A stretch of 63,913 nt of DNA, counting the filler, from Deltaproteobacteria bacterium (lineage in GTDB: Bacteria > JAUYMQ01): the NCBI GenBank assembly GCA_030698575.1. It is 10 parts of 10 records of this genome, joined end to end, with 100 filler letters (N's around TTAATTAATTAA, not from the genome) between each part and the next. Parts side by side here need not be neighbours in the genome. Positions count along the whole stretch, not along the records: positions 10,122 to 14,431 come from JAUYMQ010000254.1; positions 14,532 to 17,621 come from JAUYMQ010000267.1; positions 17,722 to 36,002 come from JAUYMQ010000268.1; 7 more parts are not named here. One strand, written 5' to 3'. The notes beneath the pieces are model-generated. The model searched no databases, was not told the origin of the DNA, and saw only the letters and a program-made list of their open reading frames with translations. The translations under genes were made by a program, and so were the position numbers. Of the stretch, positions 10,122 through 19,654 are shown piece by piece (positions within the stretch are counted from its first letter, which is position 1; each line of letters opens with the position of its first letter).

Positions 10122-11473
10122 CCAGTCACCGCGGCGGAGATGAGAGCGGTGCGCAGCTCCGTGAGCCGGTCGAGGGCGTCGCGGACCTGGGCCACCAGCG
10201 CATCGATCCTCGTCGTCTCCCGGTCGAGGAACGCACCAATAGCGTCTTGGTCCTTCACGGGAGGAACGACGATCGACACCTCTTTCAGCGACTCCGAATA
10301 GATGACGTCTATCGTCGTGGCATTACTCCTCAGACGGAGCTGCTCCAATACGATCCCGCAGTCTTGTATAAGACTCTCAAGGAAGCGGGTCGATATCCTC
10401 CGCTGGTCAGCCTGTATTCTCATCACGCAGGGATGAAGGATGCCTCGTTCTGCATCTGCCGGCAGAACTGCACACCGTCCGATTGATCCTCGCGTGGTAA
10501 TCAGCAGGTCGCCAGGAAACGTCTCGAAGGAGCGGAGTTCGTCGAACTTCTCGAGGGAGATGTAGTTATCTCCTGAAGCGAAGTCCCGGTCGAGGACGCT
10601 GCGCTGGTTGTAGACCTTAATATCCCCCGCCAACATTTCAACGCTCTGAAGCTGGCTGCCAAAAGGCCCGGTCTTGATTGCCCCTTTCTGGGGCCTCAAA
10701 AGGTGCTTCAGCCGCTTCACCTCCCAGTGTGCCGGAATCTCTCCCAGCCACTCGACGCCGGAGTCCTTCATGTGGACGTTCGGGTCGAGGCCCTTGGTGA
10801 CGGCCCGGGTGATGAGGGCGGTGCGCTTCTCCTGGAGCAGCTCGATCAGCCGCTCCTTCTTCGCCACCAGCGCATCGATTCTCGCCGCCTCCCGGTCGAG
10901 GAACGCCGCGATGGCGTGTTGTTCCTCGGGCGGCGGTGCAGCGATGGCGTACGTGGCCATCTCGCTCTCATTGATGGCGGGGAAGCTCACGCCTTTCGAG
11001 TTCGCCACGACGCGCTCAACAAAGTAGGGCGCGCGAAGGGCGTAAGCAGCGTAGCCAGTACTGAGGTCGTCAGCAGGTCGCACTACCGCGAAGCCCGTGG
11101 ACACAACCAGAGTCGACTCAGGATCGTTGATTGGGGCGATCGCGCGCAGGTACGTGCGCACGGTCGACACGATGACGTCGCCGTCGCGCACGAGTCGCCG
11201 CGCCCGCGAAGGAGCCGTGGCAAATGTGAGTGACTCTCGCTGGAAAATGCGACCGAGGCTGTCCACGCCGCCGATGTCCACGTAGATCATGTCCAGACTG
11301 GGATCGCTGTCCTCGCCGAGCGACTCAGGATTCAGCAAGGCTAGGTGCTTCAGCCGCCGCACCTCCCAATGCGCCGGAATCTCTCCCAGCCACTCGACGC
11401 CGGAGTCCTTGTAGGCCGGGTACGGCTTGAACCGCGGACGCGCGGGCGGCAGAGGCTGCGCGCATTCCTTCAC
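10122..11473 (-). CDS. hsdS: Type I restriction-modification specificity subunit (partial)
   Basis: Two KDSGVEWLGEIPAHWEV conserved repeats flanking TRDs; ALISAAVT end; GTG start overlaps the upstream TGA. Confidence 0.95.
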
Positions 11474-12549
11474 GCTGTTGCCCTCTGGCGCTGTCTGCTC
11501 TGGTACTCGGACCAGACCTGATCCATGTTCGCCGTCTTCAGCGCCTCGCGCATGCGTTCGATCGCCTTCTGCGAGTAGCGATCGAAGGACGTCTTGCCGA
11601 TGGTGATGCGGCGATAGCAGTCCGCGTCGTCCTGAAGCTTCAGGTGCCGGATCAGAGCCGTGGTCTTGGGTCCCGACAGTCCGAGGTGCGTGGCGAGCTG
11701 GTCGCGGCCGAGGTTGTAGAAGCCGAGCGAGTCCACCTTGTGAACGGCCACGACGCTGGCTCCCGGAGTCCCTTCCGGAACGAGTTGGATCGGGATCCCT
11801 TCCTTTTTCGAGATCCGGAGGTCGAGGGAAGGGCCGGTCCCCGTGGCGGTGAGTTCGATCGCGGCAACACCGGGGACGACATCGCCCCACTGCCTGCCCT
11901 TGCTAATGGAATCGCCGAGCTTGCGGAGTTCGCCATCGGTCGGTTGAAGCCGGTCCCCACGCATGGCGCCGTCCACGATCGCGAGCGCGCGGAGCTTGGC
12001 GGCAGCCTCCACCTTCCGTCGCCTGCCGGGCGTCAGGAGCCGCTGCACTTCCTTGGCCTCTTGCTCGAAAAGCGTGGCAAGGTCCGTGGGCGGACTGGTC
12101 GACAGCGGCAGGACTCGAGATGGAAGATGAACCTTGAGGTCCTGGTCGAACACGGCCCGGACGACGTCCCGGAACAACGTCAGTCCGGCCTGGGCGTGGA
12201 TGTAGAGATGCTGCTCCGAGAGGTCGACTAGGTGGTGCTGGGCAGCGTCGCGCAGCGTGTTGAGCGCTTGCAGTTGAAGGACCTGCTCCTGCTTCAGGAA
12301 CTGGACGGAGCCGTCGCTGAGCGCCTTGCGCAGGCACTCATCGAACCCGAGCGTCTGTTTCTCGCGCGGCTTCCGGATCGCGCCTCCCCGATGCAGGATC
12401 GCCGCCTTGAGCCGCATCTCGAAGGCGTGATCCAGCAGGATCAGAACGGCATCGACACGTCCCCGGTCCCAGGGCCGTTTGTAGTGCTCGATGCTGAGGA
12501 CGAGCGAGTCGACCGCCTTCGTGAAGAGCAGCCGGGATTCGCGCTTCAT
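11470..12549 (-). CDS. DUF3644-like protein with a HEPN-type RxxxxH motif
   Basis: LILLDHAFEMRLKA and LRDAAQH; family assignment from recall only. Confidence 0.65.
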   Translation of the reverse strand: MKRESRLLFTKAVDSLVLSIEHYKRPWDRGRVDAVLILLDHAFEMRLKAAILHRGGAIRKPREKQTLGFDECLRKALSDGSVQFLKQEQVLQLQALNTLRDAAQHHLVDLSEQHLYIHAQAGLTLFRDVVRAVFDQDLKVHLPSRVLPLSTSPPTDLATLFEQEAKEVQRLLTPGRRRKVEAAAKLRALAIVDGAMRGDRLQPTDGELRKLGDSISKGRQWGDVVPGVAAIELTATGTGPSLDLRISKKEGIPIQLVPEGTPGASVVAVHKVDSLGFYNLGRDQLATHLGLSGPKTTALIRHLKLQDDADCYRRITIGKTSFDRYSQKAIERMREALKTANMDQVWSEYQSRQRQRATA

Positions 12550-13478
12550 CGTGCGGGTTCCTCGCTCGCCTGCCACGGCCCCCCGGCGGGCCAGATGCTC
12601 GCGAATGGCTCACCCGCAACGATGCTCTCGCGCACGGGGCCGAGGAAGCGAATGACCCGTTCGCCGATGACCTCGAACTGTGCCGGCGGCGGAGTGAGCA
12701 CGGCGCCCGCCGTGAGGTAGCGTCTCCAGCGGGTCTCGATGTCGGGCATCTGGTAGAAGGCCGTAGTCAGGCCGCGCGGCGCTTCGGCCGTCCACCGGGT
12801 CGCCCGACGCTCGAAGCAGGCGGTGACCGCTTTCCGGAGGGTCGAACCGTCGAACGCGAACGCGCCTGCGAGCGCCCAGAGGTCATGGAAGTCCTTCATC
12901 CGGCTGTTGCGCGTGTCCAGTTTGACCATCGCCTCGAACTTCTCGGCCACGGTCGTCTCTCGCGGGTAGGCCCGCAGCCGTGGCATCGGCAACGTCTCCA
13001 GCATGGTCGGATACTCGATCTCCTCGGGCTGCGCGGCCAGCGCGTCGCCGAAGCCGAGATCGAGCTGCACCCGGATCCGCGCGTTGCCAAGCCACGCGCG
13101 GAAGCGAGCACGCTTCCCGGAGTACTCCTCCTCCGCTCGGATCGCCTCCACGACCAGCTCGGAGAGGTCGAAGCGGAGCCCGTCCTCGGGACAGGCCACG
13201 GCGCAGATCTCCGCGATCAGGGATCGGATCGCGGCGTCGTCCGTGGGTCCGGAAGCCAGCACGTCGACGTCGCGCGTCGCGCGGTAGGGATCCGGCAGCC
13301 ACACCGCAAGGAGGCTGGCTCCCTTGAGGATGCATCGATCTCGCGCTGCGGACGCACCGAGGCGGAAGAGCAACCGCTCGGCGGCGAAGCGCGTCAGGGT
13401 TCGCTCGAACTCCTCCCCGCGCGTCTTCGCCTGGTTCAGAAGGCGGGCCCTGATCGATGCCGCCACGTCGGGGCTCAT
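12546..13478 (-). CDS. abiEii: Type IV TA nucleotidyltransferase toxin, AbiEii/AbiGii family
   Basis: LKGA...RATRDVD, AEKFEA and NSRMKDFHD motifs. Confidence 0.92.
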   Translation of the reverse strand: MSPDVAASIRARLLNQAKTRGEEFERTLTRFAAERLLFRLGASAARDRCILKGASLLAVWLPDPYRATRDVDVLASGPTDDAAIRSLIAEICAVACPEDGLRFDLSELVVEAIRAEEEYSGKRARFRAWLGNARIRVQLDLGFGDALAAQPEEIEYPTMLETLPMPRLRAYPRETTVAEKFEAMVKLDTRNSRMKDFHDLWALAGAFAFDGSTLRKAVTACFERRATRWTAEAPRGLTTAFYQMPDIETRWRRYLTAGAVLTPPPAQFEVIGERVIRFLGPVRESIVAGEPFASIWPAGGPWQASEEPAR

Positions 13479-14113
13479 ATCAACCTCGCATCGAGGGCGG
13501 CGCTGAGGCGGCGCGACGGGAGGACCTCCGCCACGCGCGAGAGCTCGGCGACGGTCAGCTTGCGCTGGCGGAAGCCGTCCTGCAGCGCCTCCATTGCCGC
13601 TTCGGGACCCACGAGGCGCTCGAAGCGGAAGCAGTCCGCCACGGTGCGCGCGGGCGAGGTGATCCGTGCCGGCACCCCCTCGAACGTCGTCTCCTGCACG
13701 CCGAAGGTCCAGGCAGGCCCGCTGAAGCGCACTATGCGCAGCCGCAGCTCGGGGAGGCGCGGTACCCGCGCCTTGTGTGGAATGGCGAGCCAAACCGCCG
13801 CCGGCGCCTGGGTGCCGATGCCGTGGACTCGAAGCGCCGAGAGCAGACAGACGACGCTGTTCGGGACCCGCGCGCAGGCCATCGCGAGCGAGTAGTGCTC
13901 GGTCGGCTCCGCGACGGCCATTCTGTAGAGCCCGCGGCCGACGCGCTCGACCGTACCGCGCCGGGCGAGCGTCCGGAGCTGCTCACGGGTGATACCGGCG
14001 TCCGCCACCTGGCTGGGGCGGAAGAAGGCGCCGAGGCGGCCCGCGCGGAGAACCTCCGCAGGGTCGGCAGCCCGGGCTCCGTGGCCCGATTTGTCGGCAC
14101 GAACGTCTACCAT
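13475..14113 (-). CDS. abiEi: Type IV TA antitoxin/transcriptional regulator AbiEi
   Basis: wHTH ...VERVGRGLY, VCLLSAL and SPARTVADCF; ATGA overlap with the toxin gene. Confidence 0.9.
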   Translation of the reverse strand: MVDVRADKSGHGARAADPAEVLRAGRLGAFFRPSQVADAGITREQLRTLARRGTVERVGRGLYRMAVAEPTEHYSLAMACARVPNSVVCLLSALRVHGIGTQAPAAVWLAIPHKARVPRLPELRLRIVRFSGPAWTFGVQETTFEGVPARITSPARTVADCFRFERLVGPEAAMEALQDGFRQRKLTVAELSRVAEVLPSRRLSAALDARLI

Positions 14114-14149
14114 GCCGACATTTTGAGTGAACTGCGGCCCCCCCGTCAA
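14092..14149 (-). promoter_or_regulatory. Putative sigma70 promoter with overlapping inverted-repeat operator
   Basis: TTGACG-N18-CAAAAT, 6 nt before the ATG; inverted repeat TGTCGGCA-N13-TGCCGACA spans the start codon. Confidence 0.6.
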
Positions 14150-14346
14150 CCCGGAAAGTCGGCACTCATCATGGTAGCCAGAGTATTTTGCGTCACACCC
14201 CTACGTACTGTACGACGCAAGCCGTCGGGGGTTACGCACAGGTCCCGACGCATCGTCCTCGGGCCTGACGGGGCACAAGTCGCGGAGATCGTCGGCACAT
14301 CTCCGCAAGTGACGACGTTTCGTGATCACGCCCGCCCCCCCGTAAC

Positions 14347-14431
14347 CTATTCCAGCATCCTCATGATCTCCAGCTCGATCCCGAGGATCTCGCTCTCTAT
14401 CAACTCCAGGGGGCGCGGCTGGGTGTATCGG
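14347..14431 (-). CDS. hsdM: Type I R-M methyltransferase C-terminus (partial)
   Basis: RYTQPRPLELIESEILGIELEIMRMLE, a typical HsdM tail. Confidence 0.75.
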
Positions 14432-14531
14432 NNNNNNNNNNNNNNNNNNNNNNNNNNNNNNNNNNNNNNNNNNNNTTAATTAATTAANNNNNNNNNNNNN
14501 NNNNNNNNNNNNNNNNNNNNNNNNNNNNNNN

Positions 14532-14687
14532 CAGGAACAGCAGCCCGAAGCCCACGAGGGCGACGGCCAGATAGAGCGGAGTCCGCTGGTCCCAAAAGCC
14601 CTTCTTCCGCTCAACGGCTACGTTGCTGGCATACATGAGGGCCACGAAGCCGCCAACGATGAGAAGTGCACCAATCCAGGCCATCAT
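14532..14687 (-). CDS. Phage small membrane protein (partial)
   Basis: Two hydrophobic segments. Confidence 0.5.
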
Positions 14688-14946
14688 CGCCTTCCCTTCC
14701 AAATGACTTTGTCGGAATGAACCGCAATCAATATCCAGATCACCTTCAGCAGCACAAACAGCGGAATGAACGGCCCCGCGAGGCCGATCAGTAGCGCGAT
14801 GTAGAGGTCACCGACGGAGAGTGGCAAGAAACTGCCAGATCATGTCTTTCTCCGTGCGTTTCTGACGGCCTTGCGCTAGAATGGCGAACGCGCCGGATGC
14901 TTGAACATCACGGCGCGCTCTGACCACCGAAGCATCGGAGGCTTCA

Positions 14947-15528
14947 ATGGCTGAGATCAGACTATGCACCATCGAGGGATGCAGCAAGCCACACTTGGCA
15001 CGAGACTGGTGCAACACTCACTATCAGCGATGGCGCAAACATGGTAGCCCGCTTGTAGAGCCGTACAGCGACAGGCCAGCGCGTCAGTTCTTCCACGATG
15101 TCGTCCTTCCATATAAAGGGGCCCAGTGCCTGATATGGCCCTTCTCCAAGGGGAGCCACGGATACGCTCAAATCCAGATCGATGGCCAAAACCTATTGGC
15201 CCATCGCGTCGTTTGTGAACGCGTTCATGGGCCACCACCAACACCCAACTCCCAAGCGGCACATTTTTGCGGCCGTAAAGATTGCGTCTCCCCACATCAT
15301 TTGCGATGGGCTTCCATTTCGGAAAACCAGGCCGACAGACTACATCATAATACTCACCAATTCGGCGAACGAAACCATTCAGCGAAGCTTACAGAAACTG
15401 ACGTTCGACAAATTCGCGCGCTGCGCGGGGCGGCGTCACAGAAGGACCTCGCCATGCGGTTTGGCGTAAGCGCGACTTGCATCTGCGTGATCCAATGCCA
15501 CAAGAGCTGGGCATGGTTATCAGACTAG
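14947..15528 (+). CDS. HNH (homing-type) endonuclease with N-terminal Cys/His finger
   Basis: CTIEGC...CNTHYQRW; AHRVV...AAHFCGRKDCVSPHHLRWAS..EN; C-terminal HTH-like tail. Confidence 0.85.
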   Translation: MAEIRLCTIEGCSKPHLARDWCNTHYQRWRKHGSPLVEPYSDRPARQFFHDVVLPYKGAQCLIWPFSKGSHGYAQIQIDGQNLLAHRVVCERVHGPPPTPNSQAAHFCGRKDCVSPHHLRWASISENQADRLHHNTHQFGERNHSAKLTETDVRQIRALRGAASQKDLAMRFGVSATCICVIQCHKSWAWLSD

Positions 15529-15890
15529 GCGTCAGGCGAAGTCCACCTCCAGAAGAGCGGTTTCAATCCTGGCATTAGCCGGCGGTAGAGGACACCGACA
15601 GCGGCGCTTAGGGAGGTGATGGCCCCTATCAGGAGCTCAAAGTCGTATTGTGCAAAGTCATCGCCATGCCGGCCCACTTGGACGAGAATGGTGCCGAGCG
15701 CAGTAATGACGCCGATGGCTCCAGTCCACACGACACCGCTTTGGATAAGCGGTTCCTGCCCGAGCTCGTTCATCAGCACAGGGTCCTCGCGGACGGCCTT
15801 CTCCATCGAGGCGGAAGTGCGCTCGCCTTCCTCCTTGGATGGCGCGGCCTTCTTGACCGCTTTTGTAAGGGCTGTTTCGGTCTCGGTCAT
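15525..15890 (-). CDS. Putative holin-like two-TM phage protein
   Basis: Two TM segments; downstream of the endolysin. Confidence 0.5.
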   Translation of the reverse strand: MTETETALTKAVKKAAPSKEEGERTSASMEKAVREDPVLMNELGQEPLIQSGVVWTGAIGVITALGTILVQVGRHGDDFAQYDFELLIGAITSLSAAVGVLYRRLMPGLKPLFWRWTSPDA

Positions 15891-16039
15891 GCTGGCAGAC
15901 CTCCCATGAGGATTTCCCACGCGGCGGCGGCGGCGGCGGCTAGTGCCGCCCAAACCGCGCTCCAATCCCAATTATTGCGCCACGCGACGAAGACAAGGAA
16001 CAGGACGAGGACGATTAGAAAAACGCCGAGGATGCTCAT
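15887..16039 (-). CDS. 50-aa membrane protein (not in the ORF track)
   Basis: SD AGGAG; MSILGVFLIVLVLFLVFVAWRNNWDW...; ATGA-coupled to the next gene. Confidence 0.7.
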   Translation of the reverse strand: MSILGVFLIVLVLFLVFVAWRNNWDWSAVWAALAAAAAAAWEILMGGLPA

Positions 16040-16053
16040 TTCGGTCTCCTTCT

Positions 16054-16815
16054 TCAGAATGGCCAGAGGCCGGCGAACCAGCCATAGACAGCCGCGCCGA
16101 CAGCAGCGAACGCGGCGGCGATGGCGGCGGCGATGCCGGTCTGCCGGGGCGAGGGGAGCGGTGGGCGTGGGACGGGCGTGGGCGGCGGCAAGTCATCCTT
16201 GCGCGGCGAGAGCGTCGGTTGATCGACCTTGGCGGCGGGTAGCGGCGCATGATCGGCGACAACGGCATGGCCGAACGCGGCGCGCAATTCCTTCGACACG
16301 TCGATACGCCTGGCGCTCGACCAGTCCGGGGTGTGGCGCGACGTGAGCCGAGTGTACTCGACCATCGTTCCATCGTTCGACCAGACGCCGTCGAAGAATA
16401 GATCGCGCTCCTTCTCGCGCCGGCCCTTGATCTCCGGCGGCTTGCTATAGTTCATGAACGCCTTGCGAGCCTTGGCAACGTCGCCAGCCTTGAAGTGCTT
16501 GACCCACGCCGCGACCTTGATCGCGCCCGTGTTCCACTGGAATGAGCAGGCAGCGGCATATTGAGCTTTGGTCAGGGTATGGCCTGCAAACGCCTCGTCC
16601 ACCTGCCGGGCATAGTTTCCGAGCGCCCAGACATAGACATCGAGGCAGCGCTGAAGCGGCTGCGGATTGTCGATATAGCGCTCGACATTGTGGCCCGTCG
16701 CGCTGGTCAGGCCGACGCTCCAGGTCCACTTGCCCACACTGTCCTTGTAGGCTTGGCGGATCACCGCCTCGTGCGACGCCACCTCCAACGCGACATCGTA
16801 ATCCACGCGGCTCAT
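16054..16815 (-). CDS. Phage lysozyme (GH24) with Pro-rich linker and C-terminal TM helix
   Basis: E-x8-D-x5-T triad (HEAVIRQAYKDSVGKWT) and GRREKE. Confidence 0.88.
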   Translation of the reverse strand: MSRVDYDVALEVASHEAVIRQAYKDSVGKWTWSVGLTSATGHNVERYIDNPQPLQRCLDVYVWALGNYARQVDEAFAGHTLTKAQYAAACSFQWNTGAIKVAAWVKHFKAGDVAKARKAFMNYSKPPEIKGRREKERDLFFDGVWSNDGTMVEYTRLTSRHTPDWSSARRIDVSKELRAAFGHAVVADHAPLPAAKVDQPTLSPRKDDLPPPTPVPRPPLPSPRQTGIAAAIAAAFAAVGAAVYGWFAGLWPF

Positions 16816-17111
16816 GACGGCGCGCCCGGAAGCTCGACCTTGGCCGGGATGTTCTCCCAGCCCTCGCCTGCGCCGACGATGCAGGACACGCCGCGCACAT
16901 TGGTCATGACGATGGTCCAGGTGCCCTTGTCGGAGCGCCAGATTTCCATGATGCTACGCCCCATGACCAAGCCGACGTGGCGCTGCGTCTCGTTGAATTT
17001 GGAGGCCAGATATCCGGTCATGTCGTCGCGCGACATGCACACGGCGGCTTGCGCCGCGCCCGATCCGAGCCACAAAAAAGCCGCCAGGACGGCGGCGAGA
17101 ATTCGCGTCAT
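16812..17111 (-). CDS. Secreted hypothetical protein, alphaproteobacterial type
   Basis: Signal peptide; C...GTWTIVMT...SCIVGAGEGW; ATGA overlap with the lysozyme. Confidence 0.75.
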   Translation of the reverse strand: MTRILAAVLAAFLWLGSGAAQAAVCMSRDDMTGYLASKFNETQRHVGLVMGRSIMEIWRSDKGTWTIVMTNVRGVSCIVGAGEGWENIPAKVELPGAPS

Positions 17112-17214
17112 TGTTGTGTTCCTCTCGGTAAAACGCCCCCGGTTTGCGAGGGCGGTGGAAATCGGCCGGACGGGGCTTGCATCGCACGGCGTTTAGCGTT
17201 ACATATGCGATACA

Positions 17215-17508
17215 ATGCGCGCACGGACAAAGACAGCGACCCTCAATCTGCGGATCGATCCCAAGCTAAAGGCTTTGGCGGAACAGGCTGCGTCAAACGA
17301 CCGACGCTCGCTAACCTCGCTGGTTGAGAAGCTGTTGACGGATCACATCAAGCATTCCGGGACCGAGATCAGGGATAAAGCGGCGGCGATCCTGGTTGGA
17401 GCCGGCGCGGTGACAGCCGACAAGATCGACCGCGCCAAGGCGCTCTCGCTGATCGAGGTCGATCCGGCCGATTACGACTGGGACGAGACGGTGGAGCGAC
17501 AATCGTAA
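17215..17508 (+). CDS. Arc/ribbon-helix-helix DNA-binding protein
   Basis: TLNLRIDPKLK...AASNDRRSLTSLVE. Confidence 0.75.
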   Translation: MRARTKTATLNLRIDPKLKALAEQAASNDRRSLTSLVEKLLTDHIKHSGTEIRDKAAAILVGAGAVTADKIDRAKALSLIEVDPADYDWDETVERQS

Positions 17509-17518
17509 AGGACGCGAA

Positions 17519-17621
17519 ATGACCGATCCCATCAAAGCGGGAGCCATCAAAGCAGAAACCATCTACGGTTTCGAGTTCACGCGCTCGGCGCTCGGCTTGC
17601 CGCCGTTGACCGGCGACGCGC
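17519..17621 (+). CDS. Hypothetical protein (partial)
   Basis: SD AAGGA followed by an ATG, open to the contig end. Confidence 0.4.
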
Positions 17622-17721
17622 NNNNNNNNNNNNNNNNNNNNNNNNNNNNNNNNNNNNNNNNNNNNTTAATTAATTAANNNNNNNNNNNNNNNNNNNNNNN
17701 NNNNNNNNNNNNNNNNNNNNN

Positions 17722-18540
17722 GAGAACTGCTTCGCCTGCCATTCGCGGCTTCCCAGCAGCAAGCAGTTCAACCTGGGAGAGAATTTCCTCGGGGACGCAG
17801 AGATGAAGCGGCTGCCGCTCGAGGAGCAGGTGCGGCTGGCCGTCGCGACGCGGCAGTTCGACACGGCACTTGCCACCTGTGAAAAGATTCTCCGCTCGAC
17901 CGACATCCCCGCGAGCGAGATCGATTTGATGGGCACCTTCGAGGACTACCTGAAGATCACCATCCGCGTGCAGACCGATTACACGCGGGCCATCGCCGCG
18001 CTCGGGCAGTTCGCGAAGCGGCCCGACGTGCACCCCTACCTCGAGGCGAACATCCAGAGCTGGATCGAGGCGCTCGACGAGCTTGGAAGCGCGCCGCTGA
18101 AGGGGGACGAATTCGGGCGGGGGAAGAAGCTCATCAAGCGGGGACAGCTGCGAAACCGCTTTCCGGCCGACCGGCGGGGTCTGGTGTACTTCGTGGCCGC
18201 TTCGGGGCTGCTCCATCGGCACGTCGATCAGAACGCGGAGAAGGGGCGGGCGCTCGCGGAGCCCTACTACCTGCTCGGCGTGGCCGAGTCCTACATCGGC
18301 AACTCCTTCTGGGTATCTGAAACGGAGTTCTTTCTCGAGACCAGCATCCGCATCGCCCCCGACGCGCCCATTGCAGGCCAGGCCTATGAGTTTCTCGAGG
18401 AGTTCACCATTCAGGAGTTCACAGGCTCCTCCGGCGTCGACCTGCCGGACGACGTCCGGATGCAGCTGAAAGAACTGCGCGAACTCATCGAGAACGCCGC
18501 CGCGCCCCAGGAGGCCGGAGCGCCGCCGCGCCTGGCTTGA
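17722..18540 (+). CDS. c-type cytochrome with helical/TPR-like C-terminus (5' partial)
   Basis: CFACH heme motif in frame upstream of the listed ORF. Confidence 0.7.
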   Translation, partial: ENCFACHSRLPSSKQFNLGENFLGDAEMKRLPLEEQVRLAVATRQFDTALATCEKILRSTDIPASEIDLMGTFEDYLKITIRVQTDYTRAIAALGQFAKRPDVHPYLEANIQSWIEALDELGSAPLKGDEFGRGKKLIKRGQLRNRFPADRRGLVYFVAASGLLHRHVDQNAEKGRALAEPYYLLGVAESYIGNSFWVSETEFFLETSIRIAPDAPIAGQAYEFLEEFTIQEFTGSSGVDLPDDVRMQLKELRELIENAAAPQEAGAPPRLA

Positions 18541-19654
18541 GCGCGCGGAGGAACTTGCGCAGGCCCTCGATTCGCACCACTTCCTCCTCGAGCGCCGGCA
18601 CGATCAGCATGCGCGCGGGGTCGATGCCGAGGCCGGCCAGCGCCGCCAGCGCCCGACTGTCCCGCGCCGCCAGGCTGCGGAAGATGTAGTAGTTCTCGAT
18701 CAGCGCATCCAGCCGCACTCGCTCCCTCGAGTCCATGGCTGTGCCGCCCGCCGCTACCCCGTCAAGCGCGCCCTCCACCAACCTGTCGATCGCCACGCGG
18801 TTCACGACAAGCGCCCCAAAAGGAATCCGATCGCCGGCGAAGGATGCATACAGCTGCCGCGCCTCCGCCAGCGCATGGGGCTCGGGCGAAGTCACGATGA
18901 CGGTCGTAGTGGCTTCCGAGCGCAGCAGGCTCTCCATCCGCGCCGCGCGTTCGCGAAAACCCTCGAACATCCCCTCGAAGGCCGTGAAGAAGTCCCGCGC
19001 GGCCTGGAGCAGTTCGGTCCCCGTCACCCGTTCGATGAGCCTGGTGATCGCGCCGAGTCCGAAGCCGAGAATCCTGCCTCCCGTCAGTCCGCGCCTCCCC
19101 TCCGGCGTCATCATCGCGAGAAACCGGTTCCCTTCCAGGAATTCCCCCATCCGCCGCGATGCACTGAAGAAATCGAGCGCGTGTCGCGTGGGCGGCGTGT
19201 CGACCACGATGAGATCCCAGCTTCCCTCGGCTTCGAGGGCGTTCACCTTCTCCATGGCCAGGTACTCCGGGTTCTCGATCAGCGCGCGCGAACCGTAGCG
19301 GTAGATCGGGTTGGCCAGGATGGCGTCCCGCGCCTCCGGGGAGGGGGCGTGGCGGTGGATGAGGTCGTCGAGCGTCGCCTTGGCGTCGAGCATCATGGCG
19401 TCGAGCGTTCCCGACGCGCTCCCGCCCCTTCGGCGAAGCGTCGCGTCGGGCAGACGCCGGGGCCGGTGATCGAGCGACGATATTCCAAGCGCGTCGGCCA
19501 GCCTGCGGGCGGGGTCAATGGTGAGCACGAGCGTCTTCCGGCCGAGCGCCGCCCCCTGCAGCGCCAGGGCCGCCGAGGTGGTGGTTTTCCCGACGCCGCC
19601 GGATCCGCAGCAGATGACGAGGCGTTTTTCGGAGAGAAGGCGGGAGAGGTTCAT
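18485..19654 (-). CDS. ArsA/GET3-family ATPase
   Basis: GSGGVGKTT, TIDPA and DTPPT motifs. Confidence 0.9.
   Translation of the reverse strand: MNLSRLLSEKRLVICCGSGGVGKTTTSAALALQGAALGRKTLVLTIDPARRLADALGISSLDHRPRRLPDATLRRRGGSASGTLDAMMLDAKATLDDLIHRHAPSPEARDAILANPIYRYGSRALIENPEYLAMEKVNALEAEGSWDLIVVDTPPTRHALDFFSASRRMGEFLEGNRFLAMMTPEGRRGLTGGRILGFGLGAITRLIERVTGTELLQAARDFFTAFEGMFEGFRERAARMESLLRSEATTTVIVTSPEPHALAEARQLYASFAGDRIPFGALVVNRVAIDRLVEGALDGVAAGGTAMDSRERVRLDALIENYYIFRSLAARDSRALAALAGLGIDPARMLIVPALEEEVVRIEGLRKFLRALKPGAAALRPPGARRRSR

Noticed and set aside
14324-14349. hsdM TAG followed by in-frame VTGGRA-TGA, suggesting read-through
   Set aside because: A single near-terminal nonsense change explains it; no other support on this contig
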